DNA of 63,599 bases, filler included, from Limisphaerales bacterium (GCA_044225505.1; 4 parts of 4 records of this genome joined end to end with filler, not necessarily neighbours in it); one strand, 5' to 3'. Positions 27,176-35,427 are shown, counted from the whole stretch's first letter. A program made the numbers and translations. The notes: generated by a model from the letters alone, not told the origin.

Positions 27176-29665
27176 TTACGGGCGAGCGGGCTGAAGTTGC
27201 CGTTGCAACGATTCCACGTAGCGCTGTGCCAGGTTGTTCGTCGGACTGAGCTTGAGCACCGTCTCAAACTCCGTCAGCGCGTCGCGTGCCGACCCCGCTT
27301 TGGTTAAGGCAATCCCCAGGTTGAGCCGAGCCTCCAGCAAGTCCGGTCGCAGCCGCACCGCTTCCCGGAATCGTGCCACCGCTTCCTGGGATCGCCCAAG
27401 TCGGCCCTCTGCCAATCCGGACAGGAAATGTCCCTCGGCCAACGTGGGCGCTATCCGCACGACTTCGGCGTATTCCAAAGCGGCTTCCGCATGCCTGTTC
27501 ATCGAGGCGAGGCAGCGACCTTTCTCCAATCGCAATCGGGGATCTCCTGGATTCAACCCGAGCGCGTCGCTGTAGTTCGTCAGCGCTTCCGCAAGCCAAC
27601 CGCGTCGCTGACAGAACGAAGCCAAGGTTGCTAAGTCTTTGGGGCGGCGGATACGATTTTCCAAGGCTCGACGGAAACAGGCTTCGGCTTCAGCTTTTTG
27701 CCCGCGTGTTTCGAGGATTTGGCCTAGCCCCAGCCAGGCCATTCCGAAGCGCGGCTTGATCTCCAGGGCGCGACGATACTGGCGGATCGCTTCCTCCGGT
27801 TCTCCCAGCTTGGTCAGAGCTTGCGCCAGGTTCTGCAAGGCCCAAACATCCTGGGGATACAAGGAAAAGGCCCGTTGAAAACAGGCTGCGGCTTCTCGGA
27901 ATTCCTGGCGCGCTGCCAGGTAGAGTCCCAACTCGGACCATGCTGCGCCACTGCTGGGCAGGAGCGCGGTCGCGCGCCGGGCCGAGAGGACAGCGCCGGC
28001 ATCGTCGCCCAATTCGTGTTTAAGCGTGGCCACTTGAGCGTGGAGATCGGCATCGTCTGGAGCTTCTTCGAGCGCCGCCAACAGGCCGTTCAAGTGCTGC
28101 TTTGCCGCATCTCCGCGATCTCCCTCGCTTAGAGCCTCGAGCCTAATTCGAACGCGACTCAGAGTCCCGGCGTGGTTTCGCTGGGCTGTGAACGGTGCGT
28201 CGGTGTAGCGTTGGTACATGTCAGCCCAAGCGGCGCGCTCGCTGTCACGCGTCCAGGCCAGCCGTTTCTGACATTCGGCCATCGTGGCCCACGATTGGCC
28301 ATGCGGCGATGCTTGAACCCATGGCGGCAAAAGGGGCGCGACTTGTGCCGCGATCGCTTTCGCCACCTCATAATTCCCAGCGTACGTCAGGTGCACATGG
28401 TCGTAGAAGAATTCTTCCCCGGGAAGCTGGCCCGGACTGGCTGCCGCTAACGCTCGTTCGGCATCGGCGAAGCCAATCCCGTCCCTCGCTCGCACCCGAC
28501 CCATCTCGCGAATGATCTCATTCAATCGGCTGTCGCAGCGAAATCGCAGTGCGTCCAGCTCCCGCGCCGCTTCAAACTGCCGTGCGGCCTCGGCTAGCTC
28601 ATTCTGCCCCAGCGCGCATTCGGCTTGCGCAAAGCGCAACTCGGCGAATCCATCGTCCATTCGCGCGGCCTGGCGGAGCAGGTCCGCAGCACGATCGAGC
28701 TGTCCAGATTCCAAGGCGCGATTGCCCTCCTGGTAGGCACGATCCCAAGCCGCCTTTTCTTCGGGAGTCAGGCCGGCTTTATGCAGGGACGCAAACGGGG
28801 GACAGGAACGGAGATTCACCGCCACCGTGCTGAGCACCACGGCCGCGCCGTGTCGTCGGCCCGTCTCGACGATATCGCCCAGATTTCGTTGGAAATGTTG
28901 ATAGACTCTCTCAAGAGCGGCATCTCCAGACTTAACGGGGTGGTCCAGAAACATCTTCATTCCTCCCCATTCCGCGGGCCCGGTGTCGGCCTGAGACCGT
29001 TTCGCCAGGACCATTTGCACAGCTTGGGCTGTCCGATTTCTTAGCAACGCCAGACGCCCTCGCGTCAGAGTGAGCGGCGGCGTTTGCTTGCCAAAGACTG
29101 TGCCCGCTCCGAAGGGTCCCACCACTTCGTTGTTGCCCATGTAGACCACCCAGACGTCACCGCTGGCATTGGCACAGTCGCGGGCGATTGGCAGAATGAC
29201 ATGGGAGTTAATGCCCGTCATCGCCACGTTCAGGACTTCGAAGCGAGCCCTTGGGTAACGGCGGCTCAAGAGCGTTTCCAGCATTCTGGCCAGCCCAAAC
29301 GACGGGTCTGGATCTCCATAGGCGGCAGACTCACCGAAGACAAAGACCCGCACGGTCTTCTCTGGCTTCACCACTGGCACTGCAAGAGGATGGGGCGTCC
29401 GCGCCATCTGCGCGCCGAAAAACCTCCACCCGAACTGATTGTTCTGCACGAAGTGCGGTGCGGGAAGCGGTTGCTGCAAGAGGAACGAAGTGGGATATCC
29501 CAAGCCGCTCAACCGCAGGACGAATTCTAGCAAGGCGAGAAGGCCCAGCGGCACCACCAACGCGGCTACGATTCGAAAACCCCACCGTCGCCAGGGACGA
29601 GAGCCACTCTGTCTTGGGACATACCCAGGGGCATTGTCAGCAGGATTGGAGCCGCGCGCGGACAT
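27176..29665 (-). CDS. Membrane-anchored SGNH-hydrolase-like domain plus tetratricopeptide repeat protein
   Basis: N-terminal TM; FGESAAYG, YMGNNE and YDHVH motifs; many TPR helices. Confidence 0.88.
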   Translation of the reverse strand: MSARGSNPADNAPGYVPRQSGSRPWRRWGFRIVAALVVPLGLLALLEFVLRLSGLGYPTSFLLQQPLPAPHFVQNNQFGWRFFGAQMARTPHPLAVPVVKPEKTVRVFVFGESAAYGDPDPSFGLARMLETLLSRRYPRARFEVLNVAMTGINSHVILPIARDCANASGDVWVVYMGNNEVVGPFGAGTVFGKQTPPLTLTRGRLALLRNRTAQAVQMVLAKRSQADTGPAEWGGMKMFLDHPVKSGDAALERVYQHFQRNLGDIVETGRRHGAAVVLSTVAVNLRSCPPFASLHKAGLTPEEKAAWDRAYQEGNRALESGQLDRAADLLRQAARMDDGFAELRFAQAECALGQNELAEAARQFEAARELDALRFRCDSRLNEIIREMGRVRARDGIGFADAERALAAASPGQLPGEEFFYDHVHLTYAGNYEVAKAIAAQVAPLLPPWVQASPHGQSWATMAECQKRLAWTRDSERAAWADMYQRYTDAPFTAQRNHAGTLSRVRIRLEALSEGDRGDAAKQHLNGLLAALEEAPDDADLHAQVATLKHELGDDAGAVLSARRATALLPSSGAAWSELGLYLAARQEFREAAACFQRAFSLYPQDVWALQNLAQALTKLGEPEEAIRQYRRALEIKPRFGMAWLGLGQILETRGQKAEAEACFRRALENRIRRPKDLATLASFCQRRGWLAEALTNYSDALGLNPGDPRLRLEKGRCLASMNRHAEAALEYAEVVRIAPTLAEGHFLSGLAEGRLGRSQEAVARFREAVRLRPDLLEARLNLGIALTKAGSARDALTEFETVLKLSPTNNLAQRYVESLQRQLQPARP

Positions 29666-29765
29666 GGTTGTTGCGCGCGATCATTCCCGCTGGCGCACCG
29701 AAATTCAAGGCTCTCCGTCCGGCCTCCGTCGTTGCTGGACGAAGGACTGCCCGGAGCGGAGTGGA

Positions 29766-30215
29766 TCACCGGTGGTAAGCAAAGACCATCCCTTCGTTGT
29801 TCATGGTGAACGTGTCGCCATCAACCGTCCCGGTGGTTGTGCCTGCGCCTTGCCATTTCATCGTGAGCTTGGAACCATTGCAGGTATACGTGGCGGTGAC
29901 TTCTTTGCTCGCTGGTTGGCCGGAGGGCAGCTTGAACTCGATCTTGCTTCGGCAGGTGCCGTCCGCATCGATCACGAAACTGCCGGAGCTGACCGTCATG
30001 GAGTGTCCGCCATGGGTGAGCGCACAAGGGACGGCCTTACCGTCGACGCTGGTCAATGTGTAAGTCCCTACGACCTTTCCGGCGTTGGCGGCAACGGTGG
30101 GACCGGAGTCCTCACACCCGGCCGCAATGAGAAAGACAGCCGGAAACAGCGTTGCGAAAGTCCGAATGAATGCATGTCGTACGGTTGGAGCGCATGGGGT
30201 CGGCTTAATATTCAT
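29766..30215 (-). CDS. Lipoprotein with a lipocalin-like beta barrel
   Basis: Lipobox AAGC; VVGTYTLTSVDG motif. Confidence 0.75.
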   Translation of the reverse strand: MNIKPTPCAPTVRHAFIRTFATLFPAVFLIAAGCEDSGPTVAANAGKVVGTYTLTSVDGKAVPCALTHGGHSMTVSSGSFVIDADGTCRSKIEFKLPSGQPASKEVTATYTCNGSKLTMKWQGAGTTTGTVDGDTFTMNNEGMVFAYHR

Positions 30216-30395
30216 GCTGGAAGAATAACTCATCCTTCTTCGGTCGCGACAATGCATAATATTGATGACCCGATTGAATTTATCAATCCGCCCCTTCCCT
30301 CGACCGAAAGCATGGGTGCGTTGCGAACTTGACGCCAGCGTCAGAGTTGGTCGAGATTCAGTCGAGACAGACGGTGGATGACAAAAAGGAATTGG

Positions 30396-31250
30396 ATGCC
30401 TTCGCTCAATCCAAGGATTTCAACCGACGAAGGAAGCACTGTGAAGCCGCCAGGCTTCACACTGATCGAACTGCTGGTGGTGATCGCCATTGTCGCCATT
30501 CTGGCAAGCTTGCTCTTGCCTGCAGTCTCACGGGCCAAAGCGGCCGCCCTTCGGGCGCAATGCCAAAATAACCTGCGGCAACTCTCGTTGGCCATGTCCT
30601 TGTACCTTTCCGACCACCAGGTTTACCCCACGGAATTGCGGACAGCTCAAGGTTCGTTTCCTACCAACTGGAAACGCGGCCTCAATGCCTATGTCGCACG
30701 GACAACTGGGGGCGCCATTACCATCCCTGCTCCAGGGGTGACGTGGGATGAGACTTTTCAGGAGTTGTTTCCGATGACCCCTGTCTTTTTTTGCCCATCC
30801 CGGACCGGCAGTAAAGATGCCCTTTGCCTTGTGGCCGGGGCCGATACGCCCTGGACTTACGGCTATAATGCCAACGGCTATTCCGGAAATTCCCTTCCCT
30901 CCGCCGGGTTCGGGTTGTTTGGGACGCAAGATGGCGATCGCACGATTCCCTGCAAAGAAAGTGACGTCCGAACGCCTGCGAATATGATCGCGCTTGGGGA
31001 CGGATTCTTTCGGACCGCGGACAACTTTGTTCTGGCGAGCAGCTCGCTCCTCTATCGGACCCCGATTTGGTTGATGTCACTGAGTAATTCTGTGGTGTTC
31101 GCCCGCAATGCCGAGATCAGGCACGTTGGCAAAGCGAACATGGCGTTCTGCGATGGCCATGTCGAACTAGGGAAGATCAAGGGTTTCTTCCTGGACGATT
31201 CTGATACCGCCCTCGCTCGATGGAACCGAGATAATCTGCCTCACCGCTAA
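30396..31250 (+). CDS. Prepilin-type N-terminal cleavage/methylation protein with H-X9-DG motif
   Basis: [51 protein letters not shown]; start uncertain (30378 or 30396). Confidence 0.92.
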   Translation: MPSLNPRISTDEGSTVKPPGFTLIELLVVIAIVAILASLLLPAVSRAKAAALRAQCQNNLRQLSLAMSLYLSDHQVYPTELRTAQGSFPTNWKRGLNAYVARTTGGAITIPAPGVTWDETFQELFPMTPVFFCPSRTGSKDALCLVAGADTPWTYGYNANGYSGNSLPSAGFGLFGTQDGDRTIPCKESDVRTPANMIALGDGFFRTADNFVLASSSLLYRTPIWLMSLSNSVVFARNAEIRHVGKANMAFCDGHVELGKIKGFFLDDSDTALARWNRDNLPHR

Positions 31251-31398
31251 CGCTGGGGGCTAGAATGGGTTGGAAGTCGCACGGTAGCCCTTTCTCCAAA
31301 TCATCGGTTGTCCAAGAGGCCTGATCCGGATTGCTAGTCCGAAGCACTAGGCACTTTGGATCCTGAGCCCTGCTTGGTCCTTGGCCATCCGTCGACGA

Positions 31399-31596
31399 GG
31401 CAAATGTCTCACACTCCGGAGACGTTTGTCACCAACCCTGGAATTGACCGGTTTGCATGCGAGGGCAGCGGCGGCTTCGCCCGTCATTCGGTCTAAACAG
31501 CCTGTAAACAGCCTCAGAACAGCATGAGAACAGCATCGCCATGCTGTTCTCATAGGGTTCTCATAGGGTTCTCATCCTGTTTGCATCCTGTTCTCT
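31399..31596. repeat. Partial second copy of the palindromic element followed by convergent 11-bp-phased repeats
   Basis: GGCAAATGTCTCACACT (31399-31415) is identical to the reverse complement of 14962-14978; AACAGC x4 at 11-bp spacing, then (T/G)GTT x5 at 11-bp spacing. Confidence 0.75.
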
Positions 31597-31989
31597 GCGG
31601 CATGACGGGTAGAAATTCGCCGACAAACCGTCCGGAATTGGAGTATTGAATTGCGGGGTCAGCCATCGGGACTTTTTGTGTTAGCACGGAGCCCACGTTA
31701 GGTTGGGTAACTGCACCCAATGTAGGAGCAATTTGCTCTCGTCCAGTTGCGACGGAGCTATGGATGCTTTAATCCTTCTTTAACAGGCAGTTAACCCCGG
31801 TGTCCGCAATTTGCGGACAGCTCTGTCCAAAGGATCAGCCACGGCGTTTTGGCAGCGAGAACTTCTCAGTCCTCGGACTTTTGGATGCCGAGGCAATGGG
31901 GTGAAGTGGCAAGCTGCTTCTAATAAACGGATTGCGTGGTGCATGTTCATTTTGGATGCGCGAACGAATGGATCGGGGATCCGGAAAAC

Positions 31990-32029
31990 GGGTCATTAAG
32001 GGGCGCTTTCTGAAGAGTTGACGTTAGGG
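31990..32029 (+). promoter_or_regulatory. Candidate attI-like site (first GTT core site of the cassette array)
   Basis: GTTAGGG at 32023-32029 complements the next inverse core CCCTAAC but is not preceded by an attC-type palindrome. Confidence 0.35.
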
Positions 32030-32091
32030 GATATAACCGTGTAACGCCAATAATATGAGGAGCTTGAATGAAGAAAGCTCGTTTTCGGATA

Positions 32092-32125
32092 CCCTAACCA
32101 TCCGTCGCATATCCAGTGGTTAGCG
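32092..32125 (+). repeat. Truncated attC site (34 bp)
   Basis: CCCTAAC...GTTAGCG with the central palindrome missing. Confidence 0.55.
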
Positions 32126-32184
32126 CAAACCGATTGGCGTCCACGTCGGGGTCGGAATCGGAATCGGAATCGAAAGGATGGTGC

Positions 32185-32378
32185 ATGGGATTTGGTCATG
32201 AGCGGTTGGATGTGTCCCGCACTTCCATCGATTACGTGGGTTGGACCGCATCTTGGCCATGCTGACGAAACTCGGACAGCGTGGGTATACGATCGACGAG
32301 GAATCGGATGATTACAGTGATTTCAGGAACGATACCGATGCCGATAGCGACCCCGACTCCGAACGCAGCCGGAAATGA
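32185..32378 (+). pseudogene. Four-helix-bundle (23S rRNA IVS protein / Avd-like) gene with a large internal deletion
   Basis: MGFGHERLDVSRTSIDYVGW joined at TTGG (32241-32244), out of frame, to LDRILAMLTKLGQRGY...DTDADSDPDS. Confidence 0.78.
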
Positions 32379-32379
32379 G

Positions 32380-32471
32380 CGCTAACCCTGCAGTGAACCG
32401 AGCAGCGGCGAGGCAGCGCTCCAAGATTCGGCTCGTCGCGGACGCCGCTGTCGGTTGACTCTGCGTTAGGC
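32380..32471 (+). repeat. attC site
   Basis: CGCTAAC...AACCGAGCAGCGGCG / CGCCGCTGTCGGTT...GTTAGGC. Confidence 0.85.
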
Positions 32472-32485
32472 GGAATATCCACTCC

Positions 32486-33321
32486 ATGATCACCAATAAG
32501 TTTGGATTCGCTCTGGTGATCTGCTTTGGGTGCTAGTCGTTACGTGGTATGTGAGGTGGCAGGTGCGAGAGCGTCGCGATGCAAAGGAGCATGCGGCTGA
32601 GAGCAAGGCGCAAGAACAGTTACTTCGGAATCTTCTGCGTCCTTCAGCATCAGCCCGGCGCCGACCGTTCACCTTGGCGCGGCTGTTATTCTTAGGGCTC
32701 GCACTGGTTTGCGTCACAATCGGCGTCCGGTCTGGGGCGAGCCTCATCGATACCATACAGACTACTGTTTTCATCCTTGTCACGGTCTTTGTTCTGATAG
32801 TCCTGGCACTCAGGTGGCTTTGCCGCCGCCGGCCATGGCTCCACAACCTCTGCCGCCCAGTTCCCGTCTCCGATGCTCAACTGGGGAAGCTGCGGTTTTC
32901 CTTTGGATTTGAGATGAGCATGTGGCGCGGCTCGATTACCCTGTTCTCAGGCACCGAGGTCCCACTGGCCATTGTGGGGAGTGCTGAGGGACCTGCCCCT
33001 GAAGCCTTGTCTATGGCGAGGGATCTGGCCGCTCGCTTACCTTCGTGGCAGGCCGATATTGAGAGGGCTCTCTTTGAGCATTACGAGCCATACGCCGAGG
33101 CGCTGGCATCTGGAGAGTTGAAGCATCGAGGTGACCCACTACCGACCATCATGAGACCAAGCGATGTCTGCCTCTAGTCTCTTGGGTTGGCGCCTCAATC
33201 ATCCCTGTCGGTGGCGAGCTTGCGACGGCGCTTGACGTTATGGTGCCCTGGGACGAGGAGCACACGCTAGGGCTGCTCTTCAAGCGGGATGGATTTTTTT
33301 GACCTTTGTGGCAGCGTATGA
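32486..33321 (+). pseudogene. Cassette gene: membrane protein with a C-terminal WDEEH (DUF6985-like) domain, three apparent frameshifts
   Basis: MITNKFGFALVI / LLWVLVV...PSDV / PLVSW...VPWDEEHTLGLLFKRDGFF / DLCGSV* read across frames; stop just before the attC. Confidence 0.7.
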
Positions 33322-33328
33322 CAAAGAT

Positions 33329-33454
33329 GCCCAACCACCGCATGGACCGGAACTGCTGCTCACTTCCGCTTCGTGCTTGCGCGGAAGGTTCTGAAGTTTA
33401 GCGTGACGACGTGAGCCTAGTCTCAGCAGCATTCGGTCATGTGGATCGTTGGGC
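33329..33454 (+). repeat. attC site
   Basis: GCCCAAC...CATGGACCGGAACTGCTGCT / AGCAGCATTCGGTCATG...GTTGGGC. Confidence 0.88.
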
Positions 33455-33478
33455 GACACAACAACCATCTGGCGGCCG

Positions 33479-33766
33479 ATGAAACACGTGAGTGAATTGC
33501 GGAGCGAACAGACCCCCAAAGCGTGGCTGGCAAGCGTCAGTTGGGCGGTGGTGTTCTTCGCAGCCGTAGCCCTTTTCTACACGGGGGGTGACGTATCCGG
33601 TCGAGTTTGCTTTCTGAAGGGCCTACTTCCGGATGGATCAAGGCGCCTCGCCTTTGTCGAGACGGTGTTCCGGCCCGTCGATTACCCCTACAGCCACAAC
33701 AAGGTTTTCCGCGCTGGGTTCGACCGGAGCGTTGCACTCTTCATTCGAAAACAGGAGGGCCAATGA
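33479..33766 (+). CDS. Cassette gene, small membrane-anchored hypothetical protein
   Basis: Fills the space between two attC sites; one TM segment. Confidence 0.7.
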   Translation: MKHVSELRSEQTPKAWLASVSWAVVFFAAVALFYTGGDVSGRVCFLKGLLPDGSRRLAFVETVFRPVDYPYSHNKVFRAGFDRSVALFIRKQEGQ

Positions 33767-33776
33767 TGAGTGCCAT

Positions 33777-33902
33777 GCCCAACCAGTCGCCCGAACGAGC
33801 TGCCGTGTCCCGTCTCGGGGCGAGACCGCCGGCGGATTTTGGAACCACCAAGAACCGCCAGGCGGGCGTTGCTGGCGGCAGTCGTTCGGCTAACTGTTAG
33901 CC
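33777..33902 (+). repeat. attC site
   Basis: GCCCAAC...CCGAACGAGCTGCCG / CGGCAGTCGTTCGG...GTTAGCC. Confidence 0.88.
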
Positions 33903-33918
33903 GTTTCAAGCACTTGCC

Positions 33919-34377
33919 ATGAACGAAGCCCCCTTCCAGTGGCCCGAAGATGAGTCCGAAGGCGCCGCCCTTGCTCGTTCGCTCCTGATTAATGAGAGTG
34001 TTTCCAATGCCCGCTACTGGATCAATTGGGGTTCGCATTTGCTCAAGCATCCCCAACCCGACAAGCCGCCGGTTCGCAGTTGGAGCGCCATGGCCAAAGA
34101 GGATCGAGCATTTCGTGAGGTGTTCGCCACGCTCAACGACCAGCAACGGTCCAAGGTCATCGAGCTTTTGCAGCGCTGTATCAGCGGAGCCGTTTTTAGG
34201 TCGCTCAGTACGCTTGACGAGTTCCCGCACGGAGAAGCGGAGTTGTCCATTTGCGACGGCGTGTGCGGCTCGGGCACGCGCCGGTTCAAGATCGCACCGA
34301 CCGACAGAGACTTGCACGACGATTTCGGCGAGGCCTTCGATTGCTCAGCCAGGACTCCCAATGAACCAGTCGGCTAA
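33919..34377 (+). CDS. Cassette gene, hypothetical protein
   Basis: ATG 16 nt after the core site; stop TAA lies inside the inverse core GGCTAAC. Confidence 0.8.
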   Translation: MNEAPFQWPEDESEGAALARSLLINESVSNARYWINWGSHLLKHPQPDKPPVRSWSAMAKEDRAFREVFATLNDQQRSKVIELLQRCISGAVFRSLSTLDEFPHGEAELSICDGVCGSGTRRFKIAPTDRDLHDDFGEAFDCSARTPNEPVG

Positions 34378-34462
34378 CTACCGCATGGAGGAAACGCCAG
34401 ATGAGCGCCTTCGTTCCAGATAGAGACTGCTGGCTCGGCGTTCCTCAGCCGGACCGTTCGAT
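34372..34462 (+). repeat. attC site
   Basis: GGCTAAC...GAGGAAACGCC / GGCGTTCCTC...GTTCGAT. Confidence 0.78.
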
Positions 34463-34474
34463 GAAAAAGGATGG

Positions 34475-34598
34475 CTCTCACGGCGGCACCAAGACTCAGC
34501 GCGGCTCAGCCGCAACCGAGGGCTGCTGGTTGTTTGTGCGTCGTATTAGCCGACCAGCTTCACCTCCGCCGCGCTGAGCCTCGGTGCCTCCGTGAGAG
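34475..34598. repeat. 31-bp inverted repeat (28/31) filling a non-coding cassette
   Basis: CTCTCACGGCGGCACCAAGACTCAGCGCGGC (34475-34505) vs GCCGCGCTGAGCCTCGGTGCCTCCGTGAGAG (34568-34598). Confidence 0.9.
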
Positions 34599-34606
34599 AA
34601 AAATTT

Positions 34607-34665
34607 GTCGAACCAGCCGGTCCTCCGACCGCGGCGCCGCCGCGTCGGTGACCTTATCGTTGGTA
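34607..34665 (+). repeat. attC site (59 bp)
   Basis: GTCGAAC...GGTCCTCCGACCGCGGCG / CGCCGCGTCGGTGACC...GTTGGTA. Confidence 0.8.
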
Positions 34666-34729
34666 AAAAGCGGTGTCGGCGTCGGAATCGGTATCGGGAT
34701 CGAAAGTATGCGGCCTGGGATTTGGTTAT
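34660..34729 (+). other. Start of a second four-helix-bundle-type cassette, cut by the contig end
   Basis: GTCGGCGTCGGAATCGGTATCGGGATCGAAAG...TGGGATTTGGT closely matches 32145-32196. Confidence 0.7.
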
Positions 34730-34829
34730 NNNNNNNNNNNNNNNNNNNNNNNNNNNNNNNNNNNNNNNNNNNNTTAATTAATTAANNNNNNNNNNNNNNN
34801 NNNNNNNNNNNNNNNNNNNNNNNNNNNNN
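34730..34829. other. Artificial contig linker
   Basis: N44-TTAATTAATTAA-N44. Confidence 0.98.
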
Positions 34830-35163
34830 GAGGGCCTCCGGTGGGCTGGCCCAACTGGCAAGGGAGCGATTCTGGCGGGCTTGGGCGAACGGAGATCGGA
34901 GTTGGGGACCCGATGGCTGCGCTTGCAGCGGAGCGGCGGAAAAGCGTTTGCGCGCGGAGGGCGAGAGCTCGGCCCGGTTACGGACGAGGATCCTGGCCAA
35001 GCTGCCGCCCTTGGGTAATCTGATCCAGATCAAGTGCCAGTGATGTGTCGGCGCGCAGTCAGGGTCAGCCCTTAAGTAAAAAGTTAGCAAGGTTCGACAG
35101 TCTGCTTCGGGCAACAGGTGGTCGCGCTGACAGCGACAAGGGAAGGAGAAATACTGCGGCGTC

Positions 35164-35427
35164 ATGGCGAGGTTACTCCGGATTCAATTCGTGGGGGCCA
35201 TTTATCATGTCAGCGTGCGCGGCCACGAACACCGCCGCATTTTCAAGGATGACAAAGACCGTGAGCGCTTCTTGGAGCAGTTAGCTGAGGCTCGGAGATT
35301 GCCTGGGGCGCGTTTGTATCTGGGCTGCCTGATGGCCAATTGCTACGTTTTATCCGCAATTGGCGCTTTTATTGGCATTTCTTTAACTGGACAAGGAAGT
35401 CAGGATAACATCGCTCCTTGCCAATAA
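35164..35427 (+). pseudogene. Truncated REP-associated tyrosine transposase (RAYT / Y1_Tnp, IS200-like)
   Basis: MARLLRIQFVGAIYHVSVRG..RRIFKDDKDRERFLEQL; the M.NH.H HUH motif is replaced by MANCYV and homology ends there. Confidence 0.82.

Larger units (their letters stand above)
32023..34729 (+). mobile_element. Integron-type gene cassette array without a visible integrase (CALIN-like), truncated at contig end
   Basis: Successive ...AAC / GTT... bounded palindromes; each cassette's opening core complements its own closing inverse core. Confidence 0.88.

Noticed and set aside
31690..31800. GTTAGGT (31697) and AGTTAAC (about 31790) as an additional upstream cassette
   Set aside because: The borders do not complement each other and no attC palindrome follows.
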